From Escherichia coli (GTDB taxonomy: Bacteria; Pseudomonadota; Gammaproteobacteria; Enterobacterales; Enterobacteriaceae): 64,000 bases of DNA. The translations under genes and the position numbers were made by a program. Under the pieces are notes generated by a model. That model made no database searches, was not told where the DNA came from, and saw only the letters and a program-made list of their open reading frames with translations. Location: the NCBI RefSeq assembly GCF_003334405.1, contig NZ_QOWM01000014.1; one strand, written 5' to 3'. Position 1 is the stretch's first letter; every line of letters starts with the position of its first letter. Positions 33,347-45,240 of the stretch are shown piece after piece.

Positions 33347-34593
33347 GCCCGCCTACGCCAGAGTAAAAACACGCCACAACAAAGAGAAAAATAGACGATA
33401 TAAGTTGCCATATATGCCTGCGCCGCGCCCAGTGCACCATGCGCAGGGATTAGCCAGTGGGCAAATACCATCAATAAAGTGAACTGGCTGACTTCCGCCA
33501 GAATATAAAACCGCAGTGACGCTTTGGCGATCACCAGATAACCAAAGACATAAGCGCCCACTTTTAACACATCACCCACTAACTGCCAGGCAAAGAGATC
33601 GCGCATAGCGGTAAATTTATTCGACAACAGCAGCCAGATAGCAAAATCACGCAGCAGCCAGACGGTAAAACTCGCCGCCGCCACTGCCGGTAAGACGAAT
33701 TTCAGCGATTTAACCACTTCCCGGGTGATATCGCGCTTTTCCGTTAGCCGCGACAACGTGGGCAGCAAATATACGCTGAACGATGCCGTAATAAATTGCA
33801 GGTAGGCATCGGAAATACTGCTCACCCCTTGCCAGATCCCCACCTCATCCCAGCTATACTGCGCCGCCAGCAGTTTACGCATCATGATGTAAGCAACAGG
33901 CAAGGTCACCGACGTAATCAACGCCATGAGCGTAAATTTGCTCAACTGCCCTGCCAGACCGTTATCCCAGCTGGGTTTCAGATAGCTTAACGGGATGACA
34001 CCACGTTTGATCAACATGATGGCGGCAGGAATTACCACCAGCGCGGGAATCAGCGCCAGACCCAGCAACGCCCCTTCATAACCGCCCAAACGGTAACTGA
34101 CGTAGTACGCGAGAACGCCAATCAAGCTGCCGACAATCAGCGATAACGCATTACCTGCGGCATCGCGAAAGCCTTTCATCAGCGCCAGTAACAGGTTGCC
34201 CCAGGCGATCCCCATTTGCACCAGCGCCACTAAACGCACCAGCCCCTGATAGTCGGTATTACCAAACAATCCCTGGCTGATTGGCGCAGCTGCCAGCACA
34301 AAAACCAGCGCCATCAGCGTAGAGAAACCAAGTACCATCGCTGATGAAGTGCCGACCACGCGGCGCAGCTGTTGCGGATTATCATGGTACTGGGCAACGT
34401 ATTTGGTTACACCGTTAAAGATGCCAGCCCCGGCAAGCACGCCGAGCACGGTAATCAACTGGCGGAAATTTGCCGCCAGCCCAAGCCCCGCCGGACCAAA
34501 TGACACCGCCAGCAACTTACCGACCAGTAACCCGGCACCAATCTTGACCAGTGTACTGGCCGCCGTCCACAAGGACGCTTTTGCCAACGACAT
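33343..34593 (-). CDS. wzxE: ECA lipid III flippase
   Basis: 416-aa polytopic membrane ORF; recognised WzxE. Confidence 0.9.
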   Translation of the reverse strand: MSLAKASLWTAASTLVKIGAGLLVGKLLAVSFGPAGLGLAANFRQLITVLGVLAGAGIFNGVTKYVAQYHDNPQQLRRVVGTSSAMVLGFSTLMALVFVLAAAPISQGLFGNTDYQGLVRLVALVQMGIAWGNLLLALMKGFRDAAGNALSLIVGSLIGVLAYYVSYRLGGYEGALLGLALIPALVVIPAAIMLIKRGVIPLSYLKPSWDNGLAGQLSKFTLMALITSVTLPVAYIMMRKLLAAQYSWDEVGIWQGVSSISDAYLQFITASFSVYLLPTLSRLTEKRDITREVVKSLKFVLPAVAAASFTVWLLRDFAIWLLLSNKFTAMRDLFAWQLVGDVLKVGAYVFGYLVIAKASLRFYILAEVSQFTLLMVFAHWLIPAHGALGAAQAYMATYIVYFSLCCGVFLLWRRRA

Positions 34594-34594
34594 A

Positions 34595-35725
34595 TCAGGA
34601 AAAGTAGTTCAACAAAGTCGCAATTACCGTACGCTGATTGACGGGCGACAGGTTGTAGAACAGCGGCAGGCGCAGCAGGCGCTCGCTCTCTTTGGTGGTG
34701 TAGCGATCTTCACCGTGGAACTCACCAAAGTGTTCCCCCGCAGGGCAACCGTGCAGCGGAATGTAATGAAACACCGCCATGATTTCCGCTTCTTTCAGAA
34801 AGTTAATCAACGCGCTCCGGTCATCAATATCCCGCAGTTTAATGTAGAACATATGCGCGTTCTGCACGCAGCCATCGGGAATCGACGGCAGCTCGATACG
34901 CCCGGCTTTCGCCAGAGGCGCTAACGCATCGTAGTAGTTTTGCCACAGCGCCAGACGTTGCTGGTTGATACGATCCGCTGCTTCCAGTTGCGCCCACAGG
35001 TATGCAGCTTGCAGATCGGACATCAAATAGCTGGAGCCAATATCGCGCCAGGTATATTTATCGACCTGACCACGGAAGAACTGGCTGCGGTTAGTGCCCT
35101 TTTCACGGATGATCTCGGCTCGTTCGATTAACGCTTTATCGTTAATCAGCGTCGCGCCGCCTTCACCGCCCGCCGTGTAGTTTTTGGTTTCATGGAAGCT
35201 AAAGCAGCCAATATGACCAATGGTTCCCAGTGCACGCCCTTTGTAAGTGGACATCACGCCCTGAGCGGCATCTTCTACCACAAACAAATTATGCTTTTTC
35301 GCCAACGCCATAATGGTGTCCATTTCGCAGGCCACACCCGCGTAATGGACCGGCACGATAACGCGCGTTTTGTCGGTGATCGCCGCTTCAATCAGCGTTT
35401 CGTCGATGTTCATGGTGTCCGGGCGAACATCCACAAAAACGATTTTTGCGCCACGCAGCACAAAGGCATTGGCGGTGGAGACAAAGGTGTAGCTCGGCAT
35501 GATCACTTCATCGCCAGGCTGGATATCGAGCAGCAGCGCCGCCATCTCCAGCGAAGCGGTGCAGGACGGCGTCAGTAACACTTTGGCGCTGCCAAAACGT
35601 TGCTCCAGCCACTGCTGGCAGCGACGGGTAAAACCGCCATCGCCACACAGTTTGCCGCTACCCATTGCCGACTGCATATAGTCGAGTTCGGTTCCCACCA
35701 CCGGCGGTGCGTTAAATGGAATCAT
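34595..35725 (-). CDS. wecE: dTDP-4-amino-4,6-dideoxygalactose transaminase
   Basis: 376-aa DegT/AHBA-type aminotransferase ORF; recognised WecE. Confidence 0.9.
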   Translation of the reverse strand: MIPFNAPPVVGTELDYMQSAMGSGKLCGDGGFTRRCQQWLEQRFGSAKVLLTPSCTASLEMAALLLDIQPGDEVIMPSYTFVSTANAFVLRGAKIVFVDVRPDTMNIDETLIEAAITDKTRVIVPVHYAGVACEMDTIMALAKKHNLFVVEDAAQGVMSTYKGRALGTIGHIGCFSFHETKNYTAGGEGGATLINDKALIERAEIIREKGTNRSQFFRGQVDKYTWRDIGSSYLMSDLQAAYLWAQLEAADRINQQRLALWQNYYDALAPLAKAGRIELPSIPDGCVQNAHMFYIKLRDIDDRSALINFLKEAEIMAVFHYIPLHGCPAGEHFGEFHGEDRYTTKESERLLRLPLFYNLSPVNQRTVIATLLNYFS

Positions 35726-35729
35726 GTGA

Positions 35730-36404
35730 TCACCTGTATAACCAGTACGCGGTGCTTTCTACATTCGCACCACTTTGTATGTATCGTTTAAGCGCGGCGG
35801 TGTTGCCCATTTGGGTCGCCACCCGCAAAGTTGTTTTACCGCGAGCATACGCCCAGTTTAGCGCCGTTTGCATCAGCTCAGCACCTGCACCGCGTCCAGC
35901 CAGCAGGCCAATTCGCGCATCTGTCGCATTGAGTTCCCGTAAAGAGACATAGCCGCGAATATCGCCGGACGCCGCACGTAAAATCAGACATTGATGATCA
36001 AAGGTGCCGCGCACGGCATTTTCAATCCACTGTGCATAAAAGCGACTGCTGGCGTCAGGCGCATACCACGGCGCACGAAAACGGCTTTGCGCAAATGCGG
36101 CGCTGGCTAACTGACGTAATGCGGGAATATCGGTCTCTTGTGCCACTACAGCACCGCTATCACTGGCATTGTTCACGGGTAGCGCCAAATCAACTTCACC
36201 TTCTACCAGGGAGAATCCCAGCTGTTGCAGGGCATCCAGTTCACCCGTATTTGATGCCGCAATTTTGGCCTGCACCCGTGACCACGGCGCTAACGCGTCT
36301 GGCGTCAGGAGCGGTGCTTCAGACGTAATGCGCACGATGGCGCTGTTAACACCAAAGAAGGCGTTTTCCCAGGTTAGTGGCTCAATACTGGCGCGGACGG
36401 GCAC
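35730..36404 (-). CDS. wecD: dTDP-fucosamine acetyltransferase
   Basis: 224-aa ORF with GNAT-like C-terminus; recognised WecD; the longest ORF overlaps rffH by 23 bp, so the true start may be an internal codon. Confidence 0.8.
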
Positions 36405-37263
36405 GAAGTAACTCCAGCAGATATTGGCCGTAGCCAGTTTTCGCTAATGAACTGGCAGCACGCTTCACACCCTCGTCATCGAGCCAGCCGTTACGCCAGG
36501 CAATCTCTTCCAGGCAGGCAATCTTAAAGCCCTGGCGTTTTTCCACCGTCTGTACAAAGGTGCTGGCTTCAATCAGGCTGTCGTGAGTGCCGGTATCCAG
36601 CCAGGCAAATCCGCGCCCGAGCAGTTCAACGGTCAGGTTGCCCGCCTCGAGGTACATCTGGTTGATGGAGGTAATCTCCAGTTCACCACGCTCCGACGGC
36701 TTCACCTGCTTTGCGTACTCCACGACTTTACTGTCGTAGAAATAAAGCCCGGTCACCGCCCAGTTTGACTTCGGCTGTTTTGGCTTTTCTTCCAGCGAGA
36801 TAGCGCGGAAATTGTCGTCAAACTCCACCACGCCAAAGCGTTCCGGGTCCATCACCTGATAGCCAAAAACCGTCGCCCCTTCGGTGCGCGCCGCAACATG
36901 ACGCAGCTTCGGACTGAAGCCCTGACCGAAGAAGATGTTATCGCCCAGCACCAGACAAGAAGGTTCACCATTAAGGAAGGTTTCACCGATGATAAAGGCC
37001 TGCGCCAGACCGTCCGGGCTGGGCTGTTCGGCATATTCCAGCTGGATACCGAACTCACTACCATCGCCCAGCAGGCGCTGGAAATAACCTTTATCTTCCG
37101 GCGTAGTGATGATGAGAATTTCGCGGATACCGGCCAGCATCAGCACCGACAGCGGATAGTAAATCATTGGCTTATCGTAAATCGGCAACAGTTGCTTCGA
37201 TACGCCGCGCGTAATCGGATGCAATCGGGTGCCGGAACCGCCCGCCAGGATAATACCTTTCAT
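36382..37263 (-). CDS. rffH: glucose-1-phosphate thymidylyltransferase 2
   Basis: 293-aa [21 protein letters not shown]...; recognised RffH. Confidence 0.9.
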
Positions 37264-37281
37264 GTTTGCCTCCGCTGAAAA

Positions 37282-38349
37282 TTAGCCTTTCAGACCTAAA
37301 CGCTCGCCCTGATAGCTGCCGTCCTGCACCTGCTTCCACCAGCTTTCATTAGCCAGATACCACTGAACCGTTTTACGCATTCCACTTTCAAAGGTTTCCT
37401 GCGGCAGCCAGCCAAGTTCACGGGCAATTTTCGAAGCATCAATGGCATAACGCAGATCATGCCCCGGACGGTCAGCGACAAAGGTGATCAGGTCACGATA
37501 GTGCGCCACGCCGTGCGGCTTGTTCGGAGCCAGTTCTTCCAGCAGCTCGCAAATGGTTTCCACAACATCGAGATTCTTACGCTCGTTGTGACCACCAATA
37601 TTATAGGTTTCACCGACTTTCCCGGTGGTCGCCACGCAATACAGCGCGCGGGCGTGATCTTCCACATACAGCCAGTCACGGATTTGCTGCCCGTTGCCAT
37701 ATACCGGCAGCGATTTACCCGCCAGCGCGTTGAGGATCATCAGCGGGATCAGTTTTTCCGGAAAGTGGTAAGGGCCGTAGTTATTCGAGCAGTTGGTGAT
37801 AAGCGTCGGCAGACCATAGGTCCGCAGCCAGGCGCGCACCAGATGGTCGCTGCTGGCTTTTGACGCGGAATAAGGGCTGCTCGGCGCATACGGCGTGGTT
37901 TCGGTGAAGAAATCATCCGTCGAGTGCAGGTCACCATATACTTCGTCAGTGGAGATATGATGAAAACGGAACGCTGATTTTTTATCTTCCGTCAGCGCAT
38001 TCCAGTAAGCCCGCGCCGCTTCAAGCAATGTATAAGTCCCGACAATGTTGGTTTCAATAAACGCTGCCGGGCCGTCAATAGAACGGTCAACATGGCTTTC
38101 GGCTGCCAGATGCATGACACAGTCTGGCTGATGCTCAGTGAATACGCGTGCCAGTTCTGCCCGATCGCAGATATCAACTTTCTCAAAGGCAAAGCGCTCG
38201 CTTTGCGCGACCGGTGCCAGCGACATCAGGTTTCCGGCGTAGGTCAGCTTATCGACCACTACCACCGCGTCGCTCGTTTCGTTGATGATATAACGCACCA
38301 GCGCCGAGCCAATAAACCCGGCACCACCTGTTATCAGAATTTTTCTCAT
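37282..38349 (-). CDS. rffG: dTDP-glucose 4,6-dehydratase 2
   Basis: 355-aa [26 protein letters not shown]...; recognised RffG. Confidence 0.9.
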
Positions 38350-39611
38350 CAGCGCCAGACTCCTTTGGCATCGACGACATACTGCTGATGGACATTGTCG
38401 CCATTGATAACTTTGAACTGACTATGATCGACCAGCATCACCAGCACGTCTGCCGTTGCCAGCGCCTCGTCAAGCTGCGCCAGAGTACAAAGCCCGGTCA
38501 GTTTTTTCGGCAACTGGTGGATGTTAGGCTCAACAACCAGAGTTTCGCCGCTATGCCACTGGGCGATCAGTTCAGCGATTTCCATCGCCGGGCTTTCGCG
38601 CAGGTCATCAATATTCGGTTTAAACGCCAGACCAAAGCAGGCGATTTTCAGTTCACTGGCGCGTTTATCGGTAGCCGCCAGGCAATCAGCCACCGCCGCT
38701 TTCACCTGATCGATAACCCAGAACGGTTTGTGATCGTTCACTTCGCGCGCGGTACGGATAAGCCGCGCCTGCTGGGGGTTCTGTGCCACGATAAACCACG
38801 GATCAACAGCAATGCAGTGACCGCCCACGCCAGGGCCAGGCTGAAGAATATTAACGCGAGGGTGACGATTCGCCAGGCGAATCAGTTCCCAGACGTTAAT
38901 CCCCTGATCGGCACAAATCAGCGACAATTCATTAGCAAAAGCGATATTCACATCGCGGAAGCTGTTTTCGGTGAGCTTACACATTTCCGCCGTCCGCGAG
39001 TTAGTGACGACACACTCACCTTCGAGGAAAATTTTGTACAGTTCGCTGGCGCGGGCCGAACAAACCGGCGTCATACCACCAATCACGCGATCGTTTTTAA
39101 TCAGCTCGACCATTACCTGTCCTGGTAACACGCGTTCCGGGCAGTAAGCAATGTTGACGTCCGCCTGCTCGCCCACCTGCTGCGGGAAAGTGAGATCCGG
39201 ACGCATCTCTGCTAACCATTCTGCCATCTTCTCGGTTGACCCCACCGGCGAGGTGGATTCAAGGATCACCAGCGCGCCTTTTTTCAGCACTGGCGCAATG
39301 GAGCGAGCAGCCGATTCAACGTAGGTCATATCTGGCTCATGATCGCCCTTAAACGGCGTGGGTACAGCAATCAGCCAGGCATCCGCTTCAACTGGCGTCG
39401 TGCTCGCTCGTAAAAAACCGCCTTCTACGGCAGTTTTTACTACACTCGCCAAATCAGGTTCGACGATATGGATTTCGCCACGATTGATGGTATCAACCGC
39501 ATGTTGGTTGATATCGACACCAATTACCTGTTTTTGCCGTGAGGCAAACGCTGCTGCCGTTGGCAGCCCGATATAACCCAGTCCGATAACAGAAATGGTC
39601 GCAAAACTCAT
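38349..39611 (-). CDS. wecC: UDP-N-acetyl-D-mannosamine dehydrogenase
   Basis: 420-aa [24 protein letters not shown]...; recognised WecC. Confidence 0.9.
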
Positions 39612-40738
39612 AGTGATATCCGATTATTTTTTAACGCTTCCAGAATGCGAGAGCATGCCTGACCATCACCATACGGGTTATGGGCGCGGCTCATAGCTTG
39701 ATATTCGTTTTCGTCTTTTAAAAGACGCGTCACTTCCTCGACAATTCGCTGCTTATCCGTGCCTACCAGACGCACCGTACCCGCCGTCACCGCTTCCGGA
39801 CGCTCAGTGGTATCGCGCATCACCAGCACAGGTTTCCCCAGCGAAGGCGCTTCTTCCTGAATGCCGCCTGAGTCGGTCAAAATCAGCCAGGCGTGGTTCA
39901 TCAGCCAGACAAACGGTAAATACTCCTGGGGATCGATCAGAATGACATTTTTCACATGCCCCAGAATGCGATTGACCGGCTCTCTGACGTTCGGGTTGAG
40001 ATGCACCGGATAGACAATCTGGATGTCCTGGTGCGTGGTGGCGATGTCTGCCAGCGCGTGGCAGATTTCTTCAAAGCCACGACCGAAACTCTCACGCCTG
40101 TGACCGGTCACCAGAATCATCTTTTTATCGGGGTCGATAAACGGGTAATTTGCCGCCAGTTCTGAACGCAGCTTGTCGCTGCTCATCACCTGGTCACGCA
40201 CCCATAACAGTGCATCAATGACTGTATTACCGGTAATGAAGATTCGGCTATCCGCAACGTTTTCACGCAGCAAGTTTTGCCGGGAAGTTTCGGTTGGAGA
40301 GAAGTGATACATCGCCAGATGCCCGGTCAATGTACGGTTAGCCTCTTCCGGCCACGGCGAATAGAGATCGCCCGTGCGCAGACCAGCCTCAACGTGACCA
40401 ACAGGAATACGCTGATAAAACGCCGCCAGGCTGGTTGCCAGCGTCGTCGTCGTATCGCCGTGAACCAGCACGACGTCTGGTTTGAACTCGGCAAGAATAG
40501 GTTTTAGCCCTTCCAGAATCCGACAGGTTATCTCTGTCAGGCCCTGTCCTGGCTGCATTATGTTGAGATCGTAGTCAGGTACAATGGAAAAGAGTTTCAG
40601 CACCTGATCGAGCATCTCCCGATGCTGCGCAGTGACGCAAACTTTAGCCTCAAAAAAAGGATCTTTTGCCAACGCATGCACCAACGGCGCCATCTTGATG
40701 GCTTCCGGGCGCGTACCAAATACAGTCAGTACTTTCAC
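39608..40738 (-). CDS. wecB: UDP-N-acetylglucosamine 2-epimerase
   Basis: Track ORF 39608..40780; the recognised 376-aa WecB starts at the in-frame GTG ([16 protein letters not shown]). Confidence 0.88.
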   Translation of the reverse strand: MKVLTVFGTRPEAIKMAPLVHALAKDPFFEAKVCVTAQHREMLDQVLKLFSIVPDYDLNIMQPGQGLTEITCRILEGLKPILAEFKPDVVLVHGDTTTTLATSLAAFYQRIPVGHVEAGLRTGDLYSPWPEEANRTLTGHLAMYHFSPTETSRQNLLRENVADSRIFITGNTVIDALLWVRDQVMSSDKLRSELAANYPFIDPDKKMILVTGHRRESFGRGFEEICHALADIATTHQDIQIVYPVHLNPNVREPVNRILGHVKNVILIDPQEYLPFVWLMNHAWLILTDSGGIQEEAPSLGKPVLVMRDTTERPEAVTAGTVRLVGTDKQRIVEEVTRLLKDENEYQAMSRAHNPYGDGQACSRILEALKNNRISL

Positions 40739-40793
40739 ATCGATTCTCTTCGAATAAGCGGCGAGCGCCTTTGCGCTCACCGCAGCAGTGTTG

Positions 40794-41840
40794 CTATTTC
40801 GAGCAACGGCGGGTTAATGCGACACCAGCCCCGATCAGCCCCCCGACAATGCCCCACATAATCATCAGGAAGGCACGACGTGGGCTATCGCGTTTTACCG
40901 GTTCTTCCGGCGTACGCAAATAGCGATAGGTCTGAAAACGCGGATCCAGGGTTGGACCAACATTCAGGGTGTTTAACATGGCCCGATTCTGATCATAGTC
41001 GAGATCAAAGGCCGGACCGACGGCCTGTAAATTTTCCAGTCGAGCCTGAAGCATTGGACGCCCAAGCAGGAACATTTCTGAATCAGGTAATTCCTCGGCA
41101 GGTACATCTGTCGCACTGCGCGAAATATTATGCTGCTCAGCAATTTTCAGCGCCTGCTCAATGCTGTTCATCCGGCGGTCGTAGATGGCTTTCGCCACCT
41201 CTTCCTGACGCTTCACCTGAGCTTTCATCTGGATGGTACGCGCCGCCCATGCGCCTTTCAGCTCATCATTCAGATGGCTGGCTGCACGCTGGCTGGCAAA
41301 AGCAACATACTGACGTAACAGGTTATTAGCGTCAGGCGCGGTTTCGGCAATAAGCTTCACGCTGTCATTGACCGCGCGGGTAAAGTCTCCGGGGATAAAC
41401 TGGATGTTGTTAATCATTTCATCCAGCAACGCCGCATCGGCTTTGCTGTTGCCCACCATCCGCTGTTTGTAATAGTCGGTTTGCAGCCAGAACTCTCTGC
41501 GGGTATCCCACGAGGCCAGTTGCATAACAAACTCTTTATAGGCTTCGTCCATGACCGATGGTTGGTCGGCAGAAGCCATGTTTGAACGGACATCCAGGTT
41601 ACGCAAAAATTGCTGCTGCGAGTAATATCCCCCCAGCATATTCACCGTTGGACGATCGGTAATCGCCGTCGAGCTCCACTCCTGACGAGCAAAAAACGTA
41701 TACGCCAGCGCGATTAACGCAAACGCCAGCCCCATGCCAATAATCCATAGCTTCCCAGCCCACAAGGTACGAAACAACCCACGAATATCCAGTTCATTTT
41801 CAGCGTCTTCGGCCGGTTTCCCAGGCATTGGTTGTGTCAT
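40794..41840 (-). CDS. wzzE: ECA polysaccharide chain-length modulator
   Basis: Recognised 348-aa WzzE ([18 protein letters not shown]...); start at the ATG just after the track's alternative GTG. Confidence 0.9.
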   Translation of the reverse strand: MTQPMPGKPAEDAENELDIRGLFRTLWAGKLWIIGMGLAFALIALAYTFFARQEWSSTAITDRPTVNMLGGYYSQQQFLRNLDVRSNMASADQPSVMDEAYKEFVMQLASWDTRREFWLQTDYYKQRMVGNSKADAALLDEMINNIQFIPGDFTRAVNDSVKLIAETAPDANNLLRQYVAFASQRAASHLNDELKGAWAARTIQMKAQVKRQEEVAKAIYDRRMNSIEQALKIAEQHNISRSATDVPAEELPDSEMFLLGRPMLQARLENLQAVGPAFDLDYDQNRAMLNTLNVGPTLDPRFQTYRYLRTPEEPVKRDSPRRAFLMIMWGIVGGLIGAGVALTRRCSK

Positions 41841-41851
41841 CACATCCTCAT

Positions 41852-42955
41852 TTATTTGGTTAAATTGGGGCTGCCACCACGATTTCTACGCAGTCTGCGT
41901 TTTACGCGCTTAATAAAGCGAGCAACTTTCCAGGCACGCTTAATGCAATATCCATAGAGGAAGAATGCTAGCAAAAAGAGCACCAGCATGACCCACTCCG
42001 GGACAAAATGAGAATATTCTGCCAGCACGCCAATGGAAGCGAGCAGTGCTGCGGCAAGGGTAATCAGCACAAACGCCTGACGGGAAGTAAACCCGGCACG
42101 CATGATCAAATGGTGAATATGCTGACGGTCAGGAGAGAATGGGCTCATGCCTTTACGCAGGCGACGGTACATAATCGCCACCATATCCATTAGCGGAATG
42201 GCGATTATCCACAAAGCGGTAACCGGGCTGATGGGATGGGTTTTGCCCTGGGTCGTTTCGAGCAGGATCCAGATAACGGTAAAACCAATCAGCGTACTGC
42301 CCGCATCACCCATAAAGACTTTGTAGCGGCGACCCAGGATACCAAGGTTAAGCATGATGTATGGCAGGATGGCGGCGATCATCGCAAAGCACCAGATTGC
42401 GAGGCTGGTTTGCCCGTCGAACCACAAAATCATACCGATTGCTGCAAACGAGACGCAGGACAACCCGCCCAGCAAGCCATCAATGCCATCAACCATGTTG
42501 AACGCATTAATGGCCGCCCAGACGGCAAATAGCGTCAGGAAGTAACCAAACGGTCCGAGCACCATCTCCCAGGAGCCAAAGATATAACCCAGGCTACTGA
42601 GATAAAGCTTGCCGAACACCATCATAACAATGCCAACAGCGGCCTGTATGGTGGCACGGATTTTTACGCTGATATCAAAACGGTCATCCAGCGCGCCAAT
42701 GAAAACAAGCACACCGGCACAAGCGAGATAGAGAGATGCATGCGGAATATAGTAATCGACAATTCCGAACGTGAAGCAAATCCCTGCGTAAACCGAAATC
42801 CCCCCAACGAGAGGTATCAATCCCTGGTGACGTTTGCGGAAGTTTGGTTTATCCACTAAACCGACTTTTTTTGCCACCTTACGGGCAAAAAACAGAAACA
42901 GTGTCGTGAATAAAAAAATACTGATGAGATCAGTACTCACTGTCAGTAAATTCAC
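41852..42955 (-). CDS. wecA: UDP-GlcNAc:undecaprenyl-phosphate GlcNAc-1-phosphate transferase
   Basis: 367-aa polytopic ORF MNLLTVSTDLISIFLFTTLF...; recognised WecA (Rfe). Confidence 0.9.
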   Translation of the reverse strand: MNLLTVSTDLISIFLFTTLFLFFARKVAKKVGLVDKPNFRKRHQGLIPLVGGISVYAGICFTFGIVDYYIPHASLYLACAGVLVFIGALDDRFDISVKIRATIQAAVGIVMMVFGKLYLSSLGYIFGSWEMVLGPFGYFLTLFAVWAAINAFNMVDGIDGLLGGLSCVSFAAIGMILWFDGQTSLAIWCFAMIAAILPYIMLNLGILGRRYKVFMGDAGSTLIGFTVIWILLETTQGKTHPISPVTALWIIAIPLMDMVAIMYRRLRKGMSPFSPDRQHIHHLIMRAGFTSRQAFVLITLAAALLASIGVLAEYSHFVPEWVMLVLFLLAFFLYGYCIKRAWKVARFIKRVKRRLRRNRGGSPNLTK

Positions 42956-43140
42956 AATGCATGCTCTCAGAGAAAATTATTAGCAGAAGTATAACCACGA
43001 AGACCTTTATTCAGAAGGGAAAGTCCGTTCCAAACCCACCAGTCCTGTGCAAAAATTAACCATTTGATATGCAAATTGCATAACATGCCAGCAAATTCCA
43101 GGAATTTTCCTAACATCGCCAGCGCGGCATTAAGATTACA

Positions 43141-43180
43141 GATATAAAAGCAAAACGCCACGTAAACACGTGGCGTTTTT
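43141..43180 (-). terminator. rho-independent terminator downstream of rho
   Basis: Hairpin aaaacgccacgtgtttacgtggcgtttt with T-runs on both strands, 15 to 50 bp after the rho stop. Confidence 0.7.
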
Positions 43181-43194
43181 GGCATAAGACAAAT

Positions 43195-44454
43195 TTATGA
43201 GCGTTTCATCATTTCGAAGAAATCGTCATTGGTCTTGGTCATTGCCAGTTTATTAATGAGGAATTCCATTGCATCGATTTCGCCCATCGGGTGAATGATT
43301 TTGCGCAGGATCCACATTTTCTGCAGTTCTTCCTGAGTCGTGAGCAGCTCTTCTTTACGGGTACCAGAACGGTTGTAGTCGATAGCCGGGAAGACGCGTT
43401 TTTCAGCGATCTTACGAGAGAGGTGCAGTTCCATGTTGCCTGTACCTTTAAACTCTTCGTAGATAACTTCGTCCATTTTAGAACCGGTATCGATAAGCGC
43501 CGTCGCGATAATGGTCAGGCTGCCGCCCTCTTCCACGTTACGCGCCGCACCAAAGAAGCGTTTCGGACGATGCAGGGCGTTGGCATCCACACCACCGGTC
43601 AACACTTTACCTGACGCCGGAACAACGGTGTTGTAAGCGCGCGCCAGACGAGTGATGGAGTCGAGCAGAATGATAACGTCTTTCTTGTGCTCAACCAGGC
43701 GTTTGGCCTTCTCGATCACCATTTCCGCAACCTGAACGTGGCGAGATGCGGGTTCGTCAAAGGTAGAAGCAACAACTTCACCTTTTACCAGACGCTGCAT
43801 CTCGGTTACTTCTTCCGGACGTTCGTCGATCAGCAGAACCATCAGCACACAATCCGGGTGGTTGTAAGCAATGCTCTGAGCAATGTTCTGCAGCAGCATG
43901 GTTTTACCGGCTTTCGGCGGTGCCACAATCAGACCACGCTGACCACGACCGATAGGTGATGCCAGATCCAGTACGCGAGCAGTTAAATCTTCAGTAGAAC
44001 CGTTACCACGTTCCATACGCAGACGAGAGTTTGCGTGCAGCGGGGTTAAGTTCTCAAAGAGGATTTTGTTGCGGGCGTTTTCAGGTTTGTCGAAGTTAAC
44101 TTCGTTAACTTTCAGCAGCGCAAAATAGCGTTCACCTTCTTTCGGCGGGCGAATCTTACCAGAGATGGTATCACCAGTGCGGAGGTTGAAACGGCGGATT
44201 TGGCTAGGGGAAACGTAGATGTCATCAGGACCGGCGAGGTAGGAGCTGTCTGCGGAACGGAGGAAACCAAATCCATCCTGCAATATCTCCAGTACGCCAT
44301 CACCAAAGATATCTTCGCCACTCTTTGCGTGCTGCTTCAGGATGGCAAAAATAATGTCCTGCTTACGCATACGAGCCAGGTTTTCCAGCCCCATATTTTC
44401 GCCGAGAGTGATCAGCTCAGAAACCGGCGTATTCTTTAATTCGGTAAGATTCAT
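43195..44454 (-). CDS. rho: transcription termination factor Rho
   Basis: Track ORF 43195..44526; the recognised 419-aa Rho starts [19 protein letters not shown] at the internal ATG. Confidence 0.95.
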
Positions 44455-44538
44455 AGTGGTGTGAGTTCTTAAACTTGGGGTAAATCTCGAACTTAATGTT
44501 GTGAATGGTATGGCAGGATCATCCATGCCTGTTTACGG

Positions 44539-44640
44539 TCATCGACTCATGTCTTTTCGCTGCCTGGTCACAGGAGAGTACGCAGAACTGAAACGACAAG
44601 ACGGATTGAGTGACGAGCCAGAAATCTGTTCACTTCGCAT
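44539..44640 (-). CDS. rhoL: rho operon leader peptide
   Basis: Hand translation of the minus strand gives MRSEQISGSSLNPSCRFSSAYSPVTRQRKDMSR-stop (33 aa), matching the leader peptide as I recall it. Confidence 0.75.
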   Translation of the reverse strand: MRSEQISGSSLNPSCRFSSAYSPVTRQRKDMSR

Positions 44641-44780
44641 TTAAGATAAAACGGGAAGCGTTGGAAATTACAAGATTCAAACTTAATAAGGTATGTTTAA
44701 TACGAAGTCAACACTAAGTTAGCATGACTCACGCCGGGCGTCCAGTTTTTAGCGACGGGGCACCCGAACATGAAATTCCC

Positions 44781-45110
44781 TTACGCCAGGTTAGCGTCGA
44801 GGAACTCTTTCAACTGACCTTTAGACAGTGCACCCACTTTGGTTGCCGCCACTTCACCGTTTTTGAACAGCAGCAGAGTCGGGATACCACGGATGCCATA
44901 TTTCGGCGCAGTGCCAGGGTTTTGATCGATGTTCAGTTTTGCAACGGTCAGTTTGCCCTGATATTCGTCAGCGATTTCATCCAGAATCGGGGCGATCATT
45001 TTGCACGGACCGCACCACTCTGCCCAGAAATCGACGAGGATCGCCCCGTCCGCTTTGAGTACATCCGTGTCAAAACTGTCGTCAGTCAGGTGAATAATTT
45101 TATCGCTCAT
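44781..45110 (-). CDS. trxA: thioredoxin 1
   Basis: Track ORF 44781..45215; the recognised 109-aa TrxA starts [13 protein letters not shown] with the WCGPC active site. Confidence 0.95.
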
Positions 45111-45240
45111 ATATAACTCCACAGGAATAAGCCTGGCGTGTTGGTTTCGTTGTTGGTGTAACATTAACCAACTAAAGGTTGACTTTATTTCACCGGATAC
45201 GCTTTCGTAAAGCAATAGTAAGCTGATATTCTACCACACT

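Noticed and set aside
38388-39128. 246-aa plus-strand ORF
   Set aside because: Antisense within wecC.
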